Numbered from the whole stretch's first letter, positions 38,564-53,320 are shown. The stretch is DNA of 62,751 bases, filler included, from Platydemus manokwari (GCA_037951405.1; 6 parts of 6 records of this genome joined end to end with filler, not necessarily neighbours in it), one strand, 5' to 3'. The notes: generated by a model from the letters alone, not told the origin. A program made the numbers and translations.

Positions 38564-41224
38564 AATCCGTGTCTGTGTTTGTGTGTTCGAATAGAAGGAG
38601 ATTTATTCATGTTTTAATCGAGAATCAAACTGTTTGTACACAAATTTTATTTTAATAAATGCTTGAAATATTATTGTTCCATTGGATATTTTCGTTTGTG
38701 TGACCATGTTTCCACGAGAGATATTATTTATCGTTAATAGATATAACTAATAATAACCAATCGTTACAATTCCATCTATGATTTGCCGTTTTCTCATGTT
38801 TTTGACCGTTTATTGTAATAATTATGAATTAAAAATTGTTATTTTTGCAACAAGATATTCATATTGATTAATATTTACGAGGGATATGCTGATAATGAAA
38901 CCAACTGTTAAAAGGATGTGAATGTGTGTATTACTCAATTTTCAGGCATGTTTCAGGAAGTTGTTTAGTTTATATTTTATTATTTAATATACTGGAATGG
39001 GTAGATACCAACTTGAATAGATAAATAATTCTGACAACAATGAGTTTGACATGAATATATTTTGCATAAATTATGAGTTTTGAACGTCGCTCAAGAAATA
39101 TTTGACACAGTCTTTATTTTCAGAGATGACTCTTAATTATTTATTTCTTCGAATTTTATCTATAAACTTTGTCCATGCTAGTACTAAGATTTCGTAAAAT
39201 CTTGAATCGATATACTAATCGCTTTTTAATATTTAAGTAGTATCTGTACACACAACTTGATTCTAATAATATTATGGCTTAGATAAACCTCTTGGGTATT
39301 TGAGTTTTTGTGAAATATTCTAACTTTGCAATATTTCGATTAAATTTTGTTAATAAAATTGAGAATATGAAGCCAGAAATAAATTATGATTCAACCAAGT
39401 TAAAAATTGGTAGATTATAACTCGTATAATTAATACCATAAATAATAATAATAATAAACGGTAATAGTAATAGGAAACTTATGAAAATAATTGTGATATA
39501 TGATAATGGCAGCTTTTTTATTAGAACATTACCTTTGACGTTCCTACGAATTACATTTCTGTCTTACTGTTTTGAATTATTTTTATATATCTTCTATTAC
39601 ATGAATTAATGTGATCATTAATTGTTATCAGAATTTGGTATTTGTTTAAACGAAATAATAAGATTATTAATGCTAAAATATTACAGTTATTTATATGCAT
39701 AGACTAATTCTGTTTTGTTCCAATATGATTCTAAAGTAGAATGTCGACAAGACTAGAAATAGTAAAACTAATCTTCAATTCATTTTGATTCAAAATTTTT
39801 ACATTTTCGCCGATTTAAGTTGTTCAATTTAATACTGAAGCTTAAAATTTGTATCAAACAAGAACTACAAAGACTTGAAATTTGTGTCAAGCAACCATTA
39901 TCAGAAATACCTAAATATATATTGGTAATTAGTGACACTGAGTAACCGGAATTAAATATCATTTGATTTGAACTATGGTGTGTGGAATGTGGAATATACA
40001 ATATTTGCATTTTACGCAAATATTAATAGTATACAAGAACTTATCTAGTGATTCTAAAAGATTATTTATTACTTGAGTATGAATTCTACCACAGGATCAA
40101 TTGAATAAAACAAGAATTTATGTTTGATACTTTCAAAATTATGATACAGAAATATGGTACTAGGTACTCGCTCAAGAATAATTTCTTTTTCATTATTACA
40201 AAATAATAATTCTATTTTATTATCTTAATTTTTTAATCTTATTTCGGATGGGATATATACAGAACAAAACATTCCCTGTGACGACTTCGACAGCTTTTCA
40301 ATTAAGTATAATTTTTATTAAACTTTTCGTCGGTCTTAATACACGGATGGCGATTTTTTTAATTAATACTCTGCTTGCAATTTTTACTTTTATTACTTGT
40401 CATTGGCTAATAACTTATTCAGTAATTAATTAATATTTTATTTACAAAAATCTTCGTTGATGCAATTTTTGATTGATGAGATTTTGAAAAGCTATTAATA
40501 TTGTTGATTTTGTGTTCTGATTTACGTTGGTAGTAACTAATAAATAATTGTTCAATTAAGTCACTAGCCCTGATTTTTTACTCGATTAAACAAACCAATT
40601 CAAAACTATTAAATATTCCCCTAACAAAAGTAGAAACTCGTAATTTTACATGTTCAATACAAAACATGGATATAAATAGACACGATAAATAAAAAATGTT
40701 GCATATCAAAAGACGATTTTTTTGAAATTTATTAATTATTTGGCGTACATATTTGGAGAATTTTGTGAGATAATTGAAATTCAAACTGGATAGCTAACTA
40801 TTTTTCTAACGTGTTTTATTCATATTTTTGTTCTCATATTCATGGAATTGGTTTAAAAACCTTTTATATAATGAAAATCGACTTTGTATTAAGGTTTATT
40901 TATAAAGTTATCAGTCTAATACTATAAACCTCGATACCTTGTGAAAAAGAATGTTTACAATTTCAGAAAATGTAATCATTGAATATCAACAATATTGGTT
41001 GCTCGAAATTGACAATTGATAATTTCATTTTATCCAAAGCCGCCAAAAATCGCAAAGTATTTGTTATAACCAACACAACTTTTAAAATATAATCACAGAT
41101 AAGAACCATCAAAAAAGTACGAAATTATGAAAAAAAATTTAAAAATATATTTAAAATAACAGAATAATGATAAAAGGTGAATTATTGATATGTATGTCTA
41201 ATAAAATTATTAACATGATTTTAT

Positions 41225-41401
41225 TTAATAAATCCATTTTGCAGGCACCCATTGTGGGACTTTTTCCAAATTATCTAATTTTTCCAATATTTTCTCAAAT
41301 GATGCTAACATATTATCTATAACGATAATATCATCAAATAAATGACGATAAGTTCTCTCAATATTGATGCTTTCTTCAATTGAGCTGTGAAAATCTTCAT
41401 C
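41225..41401 (-). CDS. Terminal exon of a p55-subfamily MAGUK (MPP/PALS2-like guanylate kinase domain end)
   Basis: AAG|DEDFHSSIEESINIERTYRHLFDDIIVIDNMLASFEKILEKLDNLEKVPQWVPAKWIY*; the PQWVPxxWxY ending is diagnostic. Upstream exons lie beyond the contig end. Confidence 0.85.
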   Translation of the reverse strand, partial: DEDFHSSIEESINIERTYRHLFDDIIVIDNMLASFEKILEKLDNLEKVPQWVPAKWIY

Positions 41402-41584
41402 CTTAAAATAAAATATTCAAATGAATTTCCTAAATAATATTATTAAACAATATTATTATTAAATATTATTAAATCTGGCTTAAGTTTAGAAAAGGGATCT
41501 TTAGAACTACTTTCGTTATAACGAATTTTCGCCCATGAGATAATTCTATAACTTAATTTTATATATAACTGTTATGTTTGATTC

Positions 41585-41684
41585 NNNNNNNNNNNNNNNN
41601 NNNNNNNNNNNNNNNNNNNNNNNNNNNNTTAATTAATTAANNNNNNNNNNNNNNNNNNNNNNNNNNNNNNNNNNNNNNNNNNNN
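41585..41684. other. Artificial contig spacer
   Basis: 44N-TTAATTAATTAA-44N. Confidence 0.97.
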
Positions 41685-42427
41685 CCTTTCAGTTCGTTTC
41701 AATGATTTCGTTATAAAATACAACGGCCTACAACTATGATTTACAAATTATTAAAATAAAAAAAGATCGATTCACATTCCTCACTAAAATTAAACTTCAT
41801 TTAAACATACTTAAAATTTTGGCCATAAGAAGTTGAGCCAGTGATAGAACAATTTCATAGTCAAATTATAAGAATTTGTTTATGAACAATCAACTATAAA
41901 TTAGTTCGTGATAACATAGTTCAAAATTCCATTCTTAAACATCTGCATAAACCCGGTACTGCCTATATCATGGGTTATCGACCATTTTTAATATAATTCT
42001 TTACTAAAATTTTCATTTCTTAAACATGCAGCTTTCTAAAAAACTTTTCATCTGCAAACTTTCAAGTTAATAATTATTGGTAATATTATATCGTATGCTT
42101 AATTCGGATAATCCACTAAAATGAATCTTGCGTTCGATTAGCAACTTCAATTTTCTGGTTGTCTTGTGTCTTCGCGTTGCCAGCAAATGAGTACCTAAAG
42201 ACAGCGGTTTCAAATCAAATACATTGAACTAAATAGCAGCTACTATTTTGGTATTTGCTTGCATATTTATGTCTATTAATTTAATGGTTTAATTGATTCC
42301 GAAATGGAAAATATAACTATTTCATATTATATTTATTAAATCAAATCAATTGTTCTAAATGTAAGATTTGCTAAAAAATTATTCGTAAAGTAAATCATTT
42401 GTTTTATACAATTGTTATCCTTTATTG

Positions 42428-42506
42428 CAGAGGTGGCCAACTTTTGTGTACGTAAGATCGACTTTTCATTTGAATAACATCTCACCCGACCGGTTGGCCG
42501 TCCCTG
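42428..42506 (-). mobile_element. hAT (Buster-type) MITE, internally deleted 79-bp copy of 4908-5029
   Basis: Reverse-complement match to the first copy. TIRs CAGAGGTGGCCAAC / GTTGGCCGTCCCTG; perfect 8-bp TSD CTTTATTG (42420-42427, 42507-42514). Confidence 0.92.
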
Positions 42507-43867
42507 CTTTATTGTATCACAAAATTTTATAATTGATTTCTCTATGGAAACAAATGCAGTGTAATCATAAATATGAATATTCTAATAATGATAACAAGCA
42601 GGTGTCTATTTAATTTGATTTTGATAGCAAATGATAGTTTATTATCTAAAATTTTTAATCGAATGTCTAATTTTAGTACATATAATCAAACTCTATTAAG
42701 ATCGCATCTAAATTTAGTGAGATTACTATAATTCTAATAATAAGGTATTAAGAACCGATTTAACGAGTTCAAAACTGATTACCAACAATGAAACACTTTA
42801 CATTCACCCATAACTAAAGTTTATTATATCACCAACTGTAACAATCAAACTGTAACTGCCAATCTATCTTCATCAGTTTCTTATAAATTTTAATTAAACT
42901 TAAATAAATTATACAGTATAAATTTAGGTTATCACATTCGTAATATTTGTGATAATGAAGCTTTAAAATTGTATTTTGAAATATTTTAATTTTATTAAAT
43001 GAATATTGATATTAACCGATTTCGACTGTAATACATACGTAATATGTAGACAAATCACCATTATTTTTAATTTTGCAAAAAATGAACAAATGTGCCATAG
43101 AAATAAATACATTGGCTTAAATAATTAATCCACAATAATCAGTATTGAAAGATCATAAATAGCTTCCATATTCATTTTTACTTATTACTCGTTAATAATT
43201 GTTGAATAATTTTGATATCCATTGAGATTTTAATTAACCAGTAAATAAAGTTCAAAATACAAATCGATTACAAAAATCAATCTTGATCTCAATTACCCGT
43301 TTATTCTCTATTTTAAACAACAACAAATTTTCTGTCAACAAATTAAAAATTCTGACTCACTATTATCTTGAAATTCATTAATTCATTTACATGACTTGCC
43401 ATTAGGGACATTGAGTGTCTGAAAATTTACTCCAAATTTCTTTTTGGATTTTTTCAAACATATTATTTATTTATCATTATGATTTGAAAAATCTAGTTGA
43501 AATTCAATAAATCAGATGGCTTGCTATCAAACTTGTTTTATTTTTTTAATAGACTACTTAAACCAAATAAATTTAAAATTTATGAACTAATTTCTCGGAA
43601 AATTTGTAGTTGGGCCTTTGTATTCGATTTTAATTAATCATTATAAAATATATATTAAAAAAAATTTTATAAGAAATAAAATCTCATCTACAACACATTT
43701 CATCGCTACAAACTAACAAACCTACATGATTTATGAAAAAATATATCAAATTTTCCACAGTTTTTGTAAACCGAACCTTCAAAATTTCTTTCGAAATAAA
43801 ATTCAAATGTGACGAATTGTTCCATAAAATTATCATACAAAATCCAAACCTGAATTTATCGACTGTG

Positions 43868-44617
43868 CTATTTTGGCAATCTCGTTCGGTTCCATCGACT
43901 TTCAACTTTATCTTGTAAAAGACATAATCCAATGATTCCTATAATTTGCAACAAACACAGTCCAAAGGAAATCAATGAAAATATTAGAATTTCACTGGTC
44001 ATCCAACCCCTATAAACCTCTAGACAACTAATTTGATAAATGAGGGATTCGTTTTTACCACAATCTTTCATATAAAATTCGCTTCGACAGCAACTGTCCG
44101 GATAATATTGTGATGTTATATTCGGGAACTTTAGCTTCCAGTCCAGTGCAGTATCCACTCCACAACATTTGATTTCTTGTTGCAAGTAATCCATCCAGTT
44201 GGTACCATTTTCAGCATTAACATTGTATTTGTTTAACTGCATCATTAAATCCTGTTTCGTTTTATTTATAACTTGACCTTGTAATAATGTGCCAGAGATA
44301 AATGCTGACAATTCAAAAGTACAAATCAAAAGCATTAGTGAAGATAAACCGATAATTTGACAACTGCCTTCAACCAGAGATCCTTTATAAAACGAAACAT
44401 CAACAAGCAAAATTCCTCCCATTATCCCTATAATCACAAGTAGCATCAAACTGAGAGCAAAACTGTCGACATATAAATCATAGAGCAAAAATCTTTGATT
44501 ATTGATGAAGCACCCACAAATCAAAAACACTATTCCAGCAAGATATACAACAATATTATAGATTGTTAGAAATGTATGGCTTAAGGGAGCCGCAGATAGA
44601 GGGTAATCAATCAACAT
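43868..44617 (-). CDS. Tetraspanin, intronless, 249 aa
   Basis: Four hydrophobic segments and an EC2 loop with DYLQQEIKCCG, DW, PDSCC and terminal SCL motifs. Confidence 0.93.
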   Translation of the reverse strand: MLIDYPLSAAPLSHTFLTIYNIVVYLAGIVFLICGCFINNQRFLLYDLYVDSFALSLMLLVIIGIMGGILLVDVSFYKGSLVEGSCQIIGLSSLMLLICTFELSAFISGTLLQGQVINKTKQDLMMQLNKYNVNAENGTNWMDYLQQEIKCCGVDTALDWKLKFPNITSQYYPDSCCRSEFYMKDCGKNESLIYQISCLEVYRGWMTSEILIFSLISFGLCLLQIIGIIGLCLLQDKVESRWNRTRLPK

Positions 44618-45639
44618 TTGTTGTCACGGTTATCAAGTCTAAACAATGAATATCAGTATAGGAATTACCATAAATATAATTTAATCTCTTAAGAATATTG
44701 GTCCATTAGTACACCAATTGACACAAGGCATAACAGCTGTTCAATTTAATTTGGACTAGTAATCAGAATTTCCTTTTCTTCTAGTTGAGTATTAATTTAA
44801 TTTACTCCTAAAATTCAATGATTGAATTAGTTTTATTATCCAATCATTAATTTCCAAAACCCAGAGTTCCCAATATCTTTCTATACGTCGTTGAATATTA
44901 AGAGACATGTTTTGGAATGGAACAGCCTACAGCCCAACTGAAATCACCAAGTGGTCTCATAAATATCGTACCAATCGATCGTGAACTAGTCATATAAACT
45001 AGTTATTTAGTTAACTGTATTGGTTGATTATTCAGATTTTCATCTGTGAAACTATTTCTGATTTATTATTTAAGAAATTTAGTTTCAAGAAGAGTGAATC
45101 AAGGAGAGCTATAGTTCGAAGACCAGCTGTGCTTGGAAGATTTATTGTTTTTTGGTTTGGTTTTATGTGGTTATTAATGTACGATTGAGTAAATGATCAT
45201 ATGATATCATGAATCATCCAGATTCCATCAAGTTCATATGGGAATTATTACTAGTGAATTCTAATTTTGTCCTTAGGGACTTGTAACTTAGAATGACGAT
45301 GTAACTTAGAAGTTAGATATGTAATAGCTTACAAGATAAGGAAGTGCGACTCATTGAACGAAGTATGTAAAACTATTGCGGTACCAACAAATCGTGAATT
45401 AGTAATGATAGTTCTACTCATTATATTGTTATGTAATCAACCAAATTTAACCATGCAATGTTAAGAATTAACCAAGAGCATGTTGCTGGGTGAAAAATAT
45501 TATTATCATTTATAGTGTATAGGTAATGTATAGGTGTATAATTTCTGAAAATGTTTCTTGGTGGAATCGCTTAAAATATCTAACTATAAAGACATTATTA
45601 GAAGTAAAATTTTGTTAAATTTTCCTAATAATAATGATT

Positions 45640-46546
45640 CTCTGACGATGTTCTTCCTTCTGCCTTTGTGACCTTTCATTTTTCTTATTTCTTTGTTTGA
45701 TTTTTGTTAAGCCGAATTTGATTTTATTAAGAACTTTTGCTTGTCCTTTGTGTAGATTTGTGGTTTTTGTTTGCTTAATTTATGATCATAATCACTTCTT
45801 TGATTAAAATGTTTGGATTTGTTTTATTTTCTAGCACTCTGAAGTCTTTATTAATGATTTTGTTTTTATTTGTTTCTAATGACCTGCATTAAGAAAATTT
45901 TCTATTGTTTTTTATAATAATTTTTAAATAAACTAATTTTCTATCTTAGTTTTTTATTTATTATTCCGCAAAATTTTTACATATTTTTTTTGTAAACTGA
46001 TTTTTTCCTAAAAATTTTTGTCTATTTTTCATTTGACTTTAATCCTTTGATTCGCTTATACATGTATTCCGTAGCCAAAGTTTTGAATGTGTGATGTGTA
46101 GATTTTATGATGTTTTATATTTGATGTTCAGACGTTCCGAATTCTAATTGGAATTAACAATTTTTGATAAATTAGATTGTTCCATCCCTCTATAGCATTT
46201 GGTTTTTTCAAATTGAAATCTTTATTCTATGTTGCTTTCGATTGGTATTTAATAGTGCCTACATGATTCTATAGCTATGCGCATGCAAGTCGCTACTATT
46301 TTATAAAGGATATGTTGAAAATAAACTGAAAAGTCAAGAAAATAACTTATATTTTAATTACAATTCTTCAAACTTGCATTTTATAAAAATTTGATTGAAA
46401 ATTTTTTGAAATTTCAATTTATTGTAAATTCTTACACTCCCCCTGTCTTTAAAAATTCCTATTTTCTCTGAATTCTTAATTATCTCTCTATCAAGTTCTC
46501 TAAATACTTATCTATATAAACATTTATATATCATCTCTACATCTTC

Positions 46547-46577
<31 letters not shown>

Positions 46578-46610
46578 TCCTCATTCTCTTATATATTTCC
46601 GTCCCTTAGA
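45640..46610 (-). mobile_element. LTR-like repeat (46610-46290) with PBS-like motif and decayed A-rich gag-like tract
   Basis: Reverse complement of the 14110/54070 repeat family, ending CTTGACTTTTCAGTT...TTTATAAAATAGTAGCGAC. Contains a (TA)n run near 46553-46576. Confidence 0.5.
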
Positions 46611-47136
46611 CATTCTCAGAATCGAATCGAAATATTGGTCACCATTTAGGTTGTACACTGTCTGTTTCGATGTCTGAATAGAGTACCAGCCTACCCATGT
46701 TATTATGCTCTTCTCAACACAATGAAAATGTAAAGAGCAGCCATTATTGTTAGTTTTAATTTATAAACTCTACTTTAAGATCATAATTTTTTAATGAATA
46801 AAACAAGGTGTTATACAACAATTTGTTACTGCAACCCATCGATAAAATCTCATTTGTTAATTTGAATGAGTGGATACTTGATTTAATTGCATTTTTGCAC
46901 GAATAGATATTCAATCATGTTAACAATTTAATTGTAGATTTCTGTCGACAATTTTGATTGACTAAAACCAACCAATCAAAAATCATAAATTTTTTGATAA
47001 TCAATATCTCATTAAGAAATCAAAATGGTGTTTTAAACACCATTCAAAAACAATATCAAAACGAAATATCAAAAACACATTTATGAGACATTTATTACAA
47101 ACATTGATCTGCTTAAAACGGTGTCCTATAAAACAT

Positions 47137-49943
47137 CTATTTAAAATTAAATCGCACTTTTAACATGAAACGCATTTTAATTTGTTTCGGATTATAAACG
47201 ATATACTCGTTGTAATTCAATACATAGCCTCTATGTTTTTCGGCCAATCCCGTATCGATAGGCGTACCCATGGGAACAAGCACTCCATCGTTTCTATATC
47301 GATATTGAAATCAATCAATAAATTAAATCAAATCGTACAAAGTCTTCCAGCTTGACGAATCCGGTGCCATAATGCCCAAACCTTTGACACTGTGACAGTT
47401 AGGCGGTAGCTTACTTGCTCTGGAATGGGCCTTAATCAGCTCGTTACATGTTCCCAGAGAAACCTGTTCATGAGGCAATCATTTGAATTGATGATTTTAC
47501 CAAATCATATTTCTCACCTCGCACAGTAATAGGAATCCAACATTCTTGGTTCTGGTTGGATAAACATAATTGGCCGATTTGGAACTCATATCGGAGAAAT
47601 AAACTCCTTTACCGAACATATGGCCAGTGATTGGAGCTTCTGGTGGAGCTATTCGAAGACCTTGACTGATAATGCCACAATAATTGGTAGTTCTCGAACC
47701 ATGCCATAATAGCATTCTACAATTCATATGGTAATCAATTAGATCCAATGGATTCAATTTGGTCACCTATTGCCATGATCTTCAAAATGAGTCCATTCTT
47801 CTTCTTTTTTGATCTCAAACAGATCAAGCAACTCCAAATCATAGCTCGAATGTGTGGCTCCATGGGTCAATGTGAGATAATTGTTGATAATCTGAAATGA
47901 TGACAATCAAAGCACCAATGATGCATAATCGATATTATGGGTTACGCCGACACATCCCTTGCAATATAATTAAGATTCCTATACATTTATGACAAATAAA
48001 ACATATAAATATATGTATTCCAAAATATAATTACCTATTTATTATCATTTTATTAATATATTATGTTATTATTGTGAAAGATTTTAATATTGATCCCAAA
48101 GATCATTGGAGAGACAAACGCTGATATGTAGAGAATACACACACACACATCAGCACTATATTGGTTACACGATCAGAGATATTGCACAGACACACACACA
48201 CTCATATCAATATATCTAATCCAATGAAATGAATCACAATGCTACGTTTCTATGGGCAACATAGCAGTAAAAGATAATTACAACCAAATAACAAATCAGC
48301 TATTTTTGAAAAAGGTGCCAGAATGTTTAATCAAAATCGATGAGAAATATTTACAAAATGAAAATTCAAAGAAATATTTTCGCTCCCCACTGTTTAATCG
48401 CTTTTTGCAAACCCATTTTAAGAATATTTTAGAGAACATATGTTTCCAAAACCCGTCTAATCTCATTCCGATATTGATATATTTACCGCAATATCAACCA
48501 CACCAATTTCCCCTGTCCAATGACAAATTGAAAAATTACCTGAAATATTGGATCTTGGTGATTGATTATGTTGATATCACATTTGAGATTGTGATAATTT
48601 CTATCCAATGGATGCACATGAATATCTCCAGAGCCACTGATCAATTCCAATGCTATTTTTATATCGCCCAAAGTTTCCAGCAATTCTAGTTCACGTTTTA
48701 TCTCAACAATCGATTGAATGAGAGGAGGAATGCGCATCCTACCAAACAATATTTAGCTGTTATTTTCTAACTATAAATCAATTTTGAACAACATGAACGC
48801 TGTACAAACTATTTGCATTGTGGATGGTTTTACAGGACAATACTAGATAAAGGAGCTCCATAAAAAAATTTACAATCAAACAAGCTGATTGAGTAATAAG
48901 TGTAACTATTACATTAGAACCAACAAATTAATAGTGAAAGTGATTTTACATAATAAAAACTAAAAATTGAAAGCTCACCCGAAATCGTGAGGAATTCGCG
49001 TATAATAAGTATTGCATGCCTGAGTTAGTTTATTCCTATGGCTGTATCCTTCATTCAGCAAACCTTCAATTTCCCTAAGTGCTTTATAACCAGCTTTTAT
49101 TTGAGACTCAGTTAATCGACCGAGAGGCAACTTATTGTAATCATAATTCATATCGGCCACTACAGAATTCATTTCTTTAATATCGAAAATCGTTCTCATC
49201 AAATCCTACACTCGTTTAAATCGATCATTTGAAACCGTCACTATTTTACCTGCACTTTCTCTTCTAATTTACTCTCGACAATTTCTAATTTAATTTCGCT
49301 TTCTTGTTTCGATTTTTCGAAATCTTGTTTCGAATAATCAATATGAACCAAATCATACTTCCCATCAATCTTTTCAAATTTACTTCGATCAGTCCATACA
49401 TTTTTTGTTTTATCATAAAACCTAAATCAGACATTGAGATTCTCTTAGATTGTAATATATTACTTATTTACAAAACATTCTTCAGCAGCTGCAAAATTAT
49501 CAAATTCAATTAATTTCGTTTGACCTCGTTTCCCAACACGTGCCCATCTCATCCAAACGTAGAAGCTTTCTTCGTATCTATCTTTCAGTAATTGTATCAG
49601 ATAAAATTTATTATTATTATATTGTAGGTTTGTCTTAATTTGAAAAAAAAATGTTAAACAAAGAATATATTAAAAATACTATTTACCTGATTAAGCATTA
49701 CATCGAAAACATCATCACCTTTGACATAAACAATTGCTTTATCCAAAAGTGTCGTGCATTCTTTGTCTATTGGAACTACAAATTAAAGTAAAAAATAAAC
49801 TTAAAAAAATAATCATAAAAATACTTTCCGGATACTGTAATATTAGCTTTTTAGTGTCTGCCTCGACAACAAGTTTTTCTTCTTAATTTTAATTAGAATT
49901 ATTTCTTAAAAATTGAAAAATTGATACTTTTTCTCTTTGGCAT
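47137..49943 (-). CDS. PARP2: PARP2-like poly(ADP-ribose) polymerase (WGR, regulatory and catalytic domains), complete, about 11 exons
   Basis: MPKRK... start; [25 protein letters not shown]...VWMRWARVG; KLPLGRL...[10 protein letters not shown]; LLWHGSR...[10 protein letters not shown]...[18 protein letters not shown]; [12 protein letters not shown] triad intact, no zinc fingers or BRCT, phase-consistent GT-AG introns. Confidence 0.93.
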
Positions 49944-50476
49944 AGAATAATTTGATTTTATTTAATAAAAATTTAATTTAAGCTTTTTGTGTAAAATAAT
50001 ATTTAAACAAACATGAAGAATGCTAATTACAATGAATAATCAAGAAGTAACTTTTTTATAAAACAACTCTTAAAATCTTATATATCATTTCAATTGCTTC
50101 TAATAGTAAAAAATTAATTGCATTTTGACCTACTTTGACCCGCTTTTCAAATAATTAATTTTTAGTAGATTTTAAAAATCCTGTGCATAATTATTTGATT
50201 CTAAATGACTAAAATTTTGCTCAAGTGCTTAAATAAAAAATTCAAAATTTTATTAAAGAACTTTATTAAAAAATTTATATAGATTTTTGCAATATACACT
50301 GCACAATTTTAAAATTTTATTATAGGACCTATTTTTTAACTTTAGCCGAATACTTGTTTGAAAAAGTTGTAATATGGAAATATATTGTTTGCGTGTTAAA
50401 AAAATTATGACATACAAAATGAAGAAGTGTTAGCAACTAATATTATTGATCATTTGAGAAATGACATCTGCAGCTT

Positions 50477-51506
50477 TTAAATTGAGAATAATTTGATAGA
50501 ATAGTTCATAAATTTGATAATTGTTCTACCTTCTATTCCGTGTCTGCTACCTCGTATTAGATGGCATGATCTGAAATGATGCCCTTCTTGTCCGCATATT
50601 AAACATTTGTGCCTACGGAGCACTGGCTTCTGAAGTGTCTGCTTTTTCACAGCAGAAGCAATCGTTCTTCTTATGGGTCTGGCATGCTTCGACACTTATT
50701 GTAAAGTTTCTTGGTCATGTATTTCATTGAATACAGTGGTCTCTCTCTCTACCTGCAGCGACCTTCTGCTCTAAAGCTATTGGCTCGGGATTCCGTGTTC
50801 AGATAGAATGGGGTGGTTTATAATTACTGGACTCGTTACTTTCTTTATTGTGCTGGCTTTTCCACTGGTTATTTCATCTGTTGCTTCGTCCAGTCTCTAC
50901 AAATTGCATTGACTTCCTGGGAATCTCGTAAGATTTGTTCTCGATTCTCGAACACATTTGCAGTAATCTAACCTCTATGATATCCATGTCTGGTTTCAGG
51001 GCAAGAACGTCTTTTAATCCATTCGATCATGTTCTTTTGCTGATAATATCTTTCAATATTGATTCTTGTTTTAATCCGCAATTCATCACAGCCTCAACCC
51101 ATCTGTGAACTCTTATCTCGAAAGTTGCAAACCGTTCGCTCTCCTATGTTGCCAATTCCATAATCATATCCATTATAGACTTTTTGATTGTAAATGTGTC
51201 TTTGAACACGATTTAGCTGATTCTTCTGTGGTATCATCCGATTTAAAGTTTTTCCACAAAATGCCTGTCTCGTCTAAGAGGAGTAAGTCAAATGCGCTAA
51301 TCAGGCTGAGACTATTAATTAATAGCCACTCCTCTGTATCTTGCATCCCTTTTATCGCTTCATTGGAATTCCTTTCATCAAATTTCCGAATATTGAAATT
51401 GAGCGCTTCTTGTTCTTGTTTCGGCAAACTCTCTAATAAGTGTTTCTTCTGCTGGTTCCTTGTTATTGCGTTGATTAGTAAGGCGTGGTCTCCAGTTACG
51501 TCATAA
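50477..51506 (-). mobile_element. Degenerate LTR-retrotransposon gag with CCHC zinc knuckle
   Basis: CLICGQEGHHFRSC = CX2CX4HX4C. Upstream helical gag-like frame (IRKFD...EEWL...ILWKNF) is broken by stops. Confidence 0.75.
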
Positions 51507-51534
51507 GATCATTCATGCATGAGATATATTTGAA

Positions 51535-51634
51535 NNNNNNNNNNNNNNNNNNNNNNNNNNNNNNNNNNNNNNNNNNNNTTAATTAATTAANNNNNNNNNN
51601 NNNNNNNNNNNNNNNNNNNNNNNNNNNNNNNNNN
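51535..51634. other. Artificial contig spacer
   Basis: 44N-TTAATTAATTAA-44N. Confidence 0.97.
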
Positions 51635-53320
51635 TGTTAATCTTAATAAAATTACAAACCGTAGTTTTAAAGAAGATAAAATTTTAATGGGGAAACCAAT
51701 TTGTTTATATATTTATAATTAATTAGAATAATTACTATTTAATTATGGAAATTGAATTATTTTTTGTATATTTTAAAAAGTATAATTTAATTTTCCAAAT
51801 TCAATCTGAAAATTAATTATTTTCAATACAAGTTCGATTTTGGTTTGAAAATTAAATTTTGTAGTCGAATCCGAATAATATTTAATTTATGTTTTACCTT
51901 TATTAAATTTTATACAATATAAGCAAATGAAATATGATAAACAATTTATGGCTATGCCGATAATTTTATATTCATTCAAACAATTAAAATAATTAGTTGA
52001 TCAATTTTATTAATTTTTTAAGAATATTGTTGACAAATAATCGTTTTTCGTAATCAGCAATCAAATGACCTCAAAAATAATCGACTTATACTTCACAAAT
52101 TAAATTAGTAAATACAATTTGTTTTAATGAATAATATTGCTTTTGTAAAAAAAGGATTTATGATAAATTAAACTTGTTATGAATAAGTTGTTCTCATTAA
52201 ATATTTTATTTGAAATAATCTGCCACTCTGACTTCAAGTGACCTTATTTATCTTTTAAAATGAAATTTATTTTTCATACTTTATCACCAGCCTATATACC
52301 CGTAAAGTTAGACATTGGATGTAGCGAAAATGTAGGAATAACTTAAATTTAAAATTTTTGTAAATAGAAAAGATAAAACTTTCTCAGAAACAATAAGCGA
52401 TTATTATTCATGGAAATAGAAAAATACTAGACTGGTGACCAACCATTTTTTGTACATATTATATAAATTGTACTACAATTTAAATAAATAATATTTACCA
52501 CATTATTTTACGACTTAAATTTAGTAAAAAGAAATTTTCCAAAAGTTCACCAAAAACAGCAGAGTGAAATAAAAAAACAAAGTAACAAAACGAAATGAGA
52601 GAATTTTAAAAAGAACAATCATCAAATATTACCATTATTACAATGTTTTTTCTTTCCGAAAATTTTATTTTGTTTATATTTATTAAGTTCTTGCAATATC
52701 GATTGATGTAAATCTTTGTTAAATAATTCAAATGATTGAGATACTCGAATTGAATTATAAGAATTTTTCACCTATATTGTTGTTTCATTAACAGATAATT
52801 AATGTTAAAATCAGTCAATGTTTTCGATGCCGACATTAAAAGTCAATTTGTCTTTCCATCCTACATCCTCAAAAACAATCAGGCTATTATATGTTCAGGA
52901 TAAATATTATTATTGCGTTTACATCAAGTTTCCGTTTAAAATATCCGATGAAAGTGTCAGAACTGACAATTAACATGGGAAAACACTATTTCTTAAACGA
53001 GTATTTACTTTCAATGATTTCAGTAACAAAGCAATTCATTGTTATCAAAAGATAATTAGAAAATTGTTAAAATAATGATAAACCATTCAATAAATTTCCA
53101 CAAACAATGTTAACCCTAAAGCTATTATCTAAATAAGAAACTTGCTAGGAAACGAATTTTGGAAATTTGTTTAAGTATGTATTATGACTGATATAAAACC
53201 AATTGAAAAATAAATTCCCACTTCATTTGACGAAATATTTTTCTCTCAATAAATAAATTAAAATAAACATTGGAAAAACTTAATAAATATTTTATTGAGC
53301 ACTTTTACGAATAAATATGA

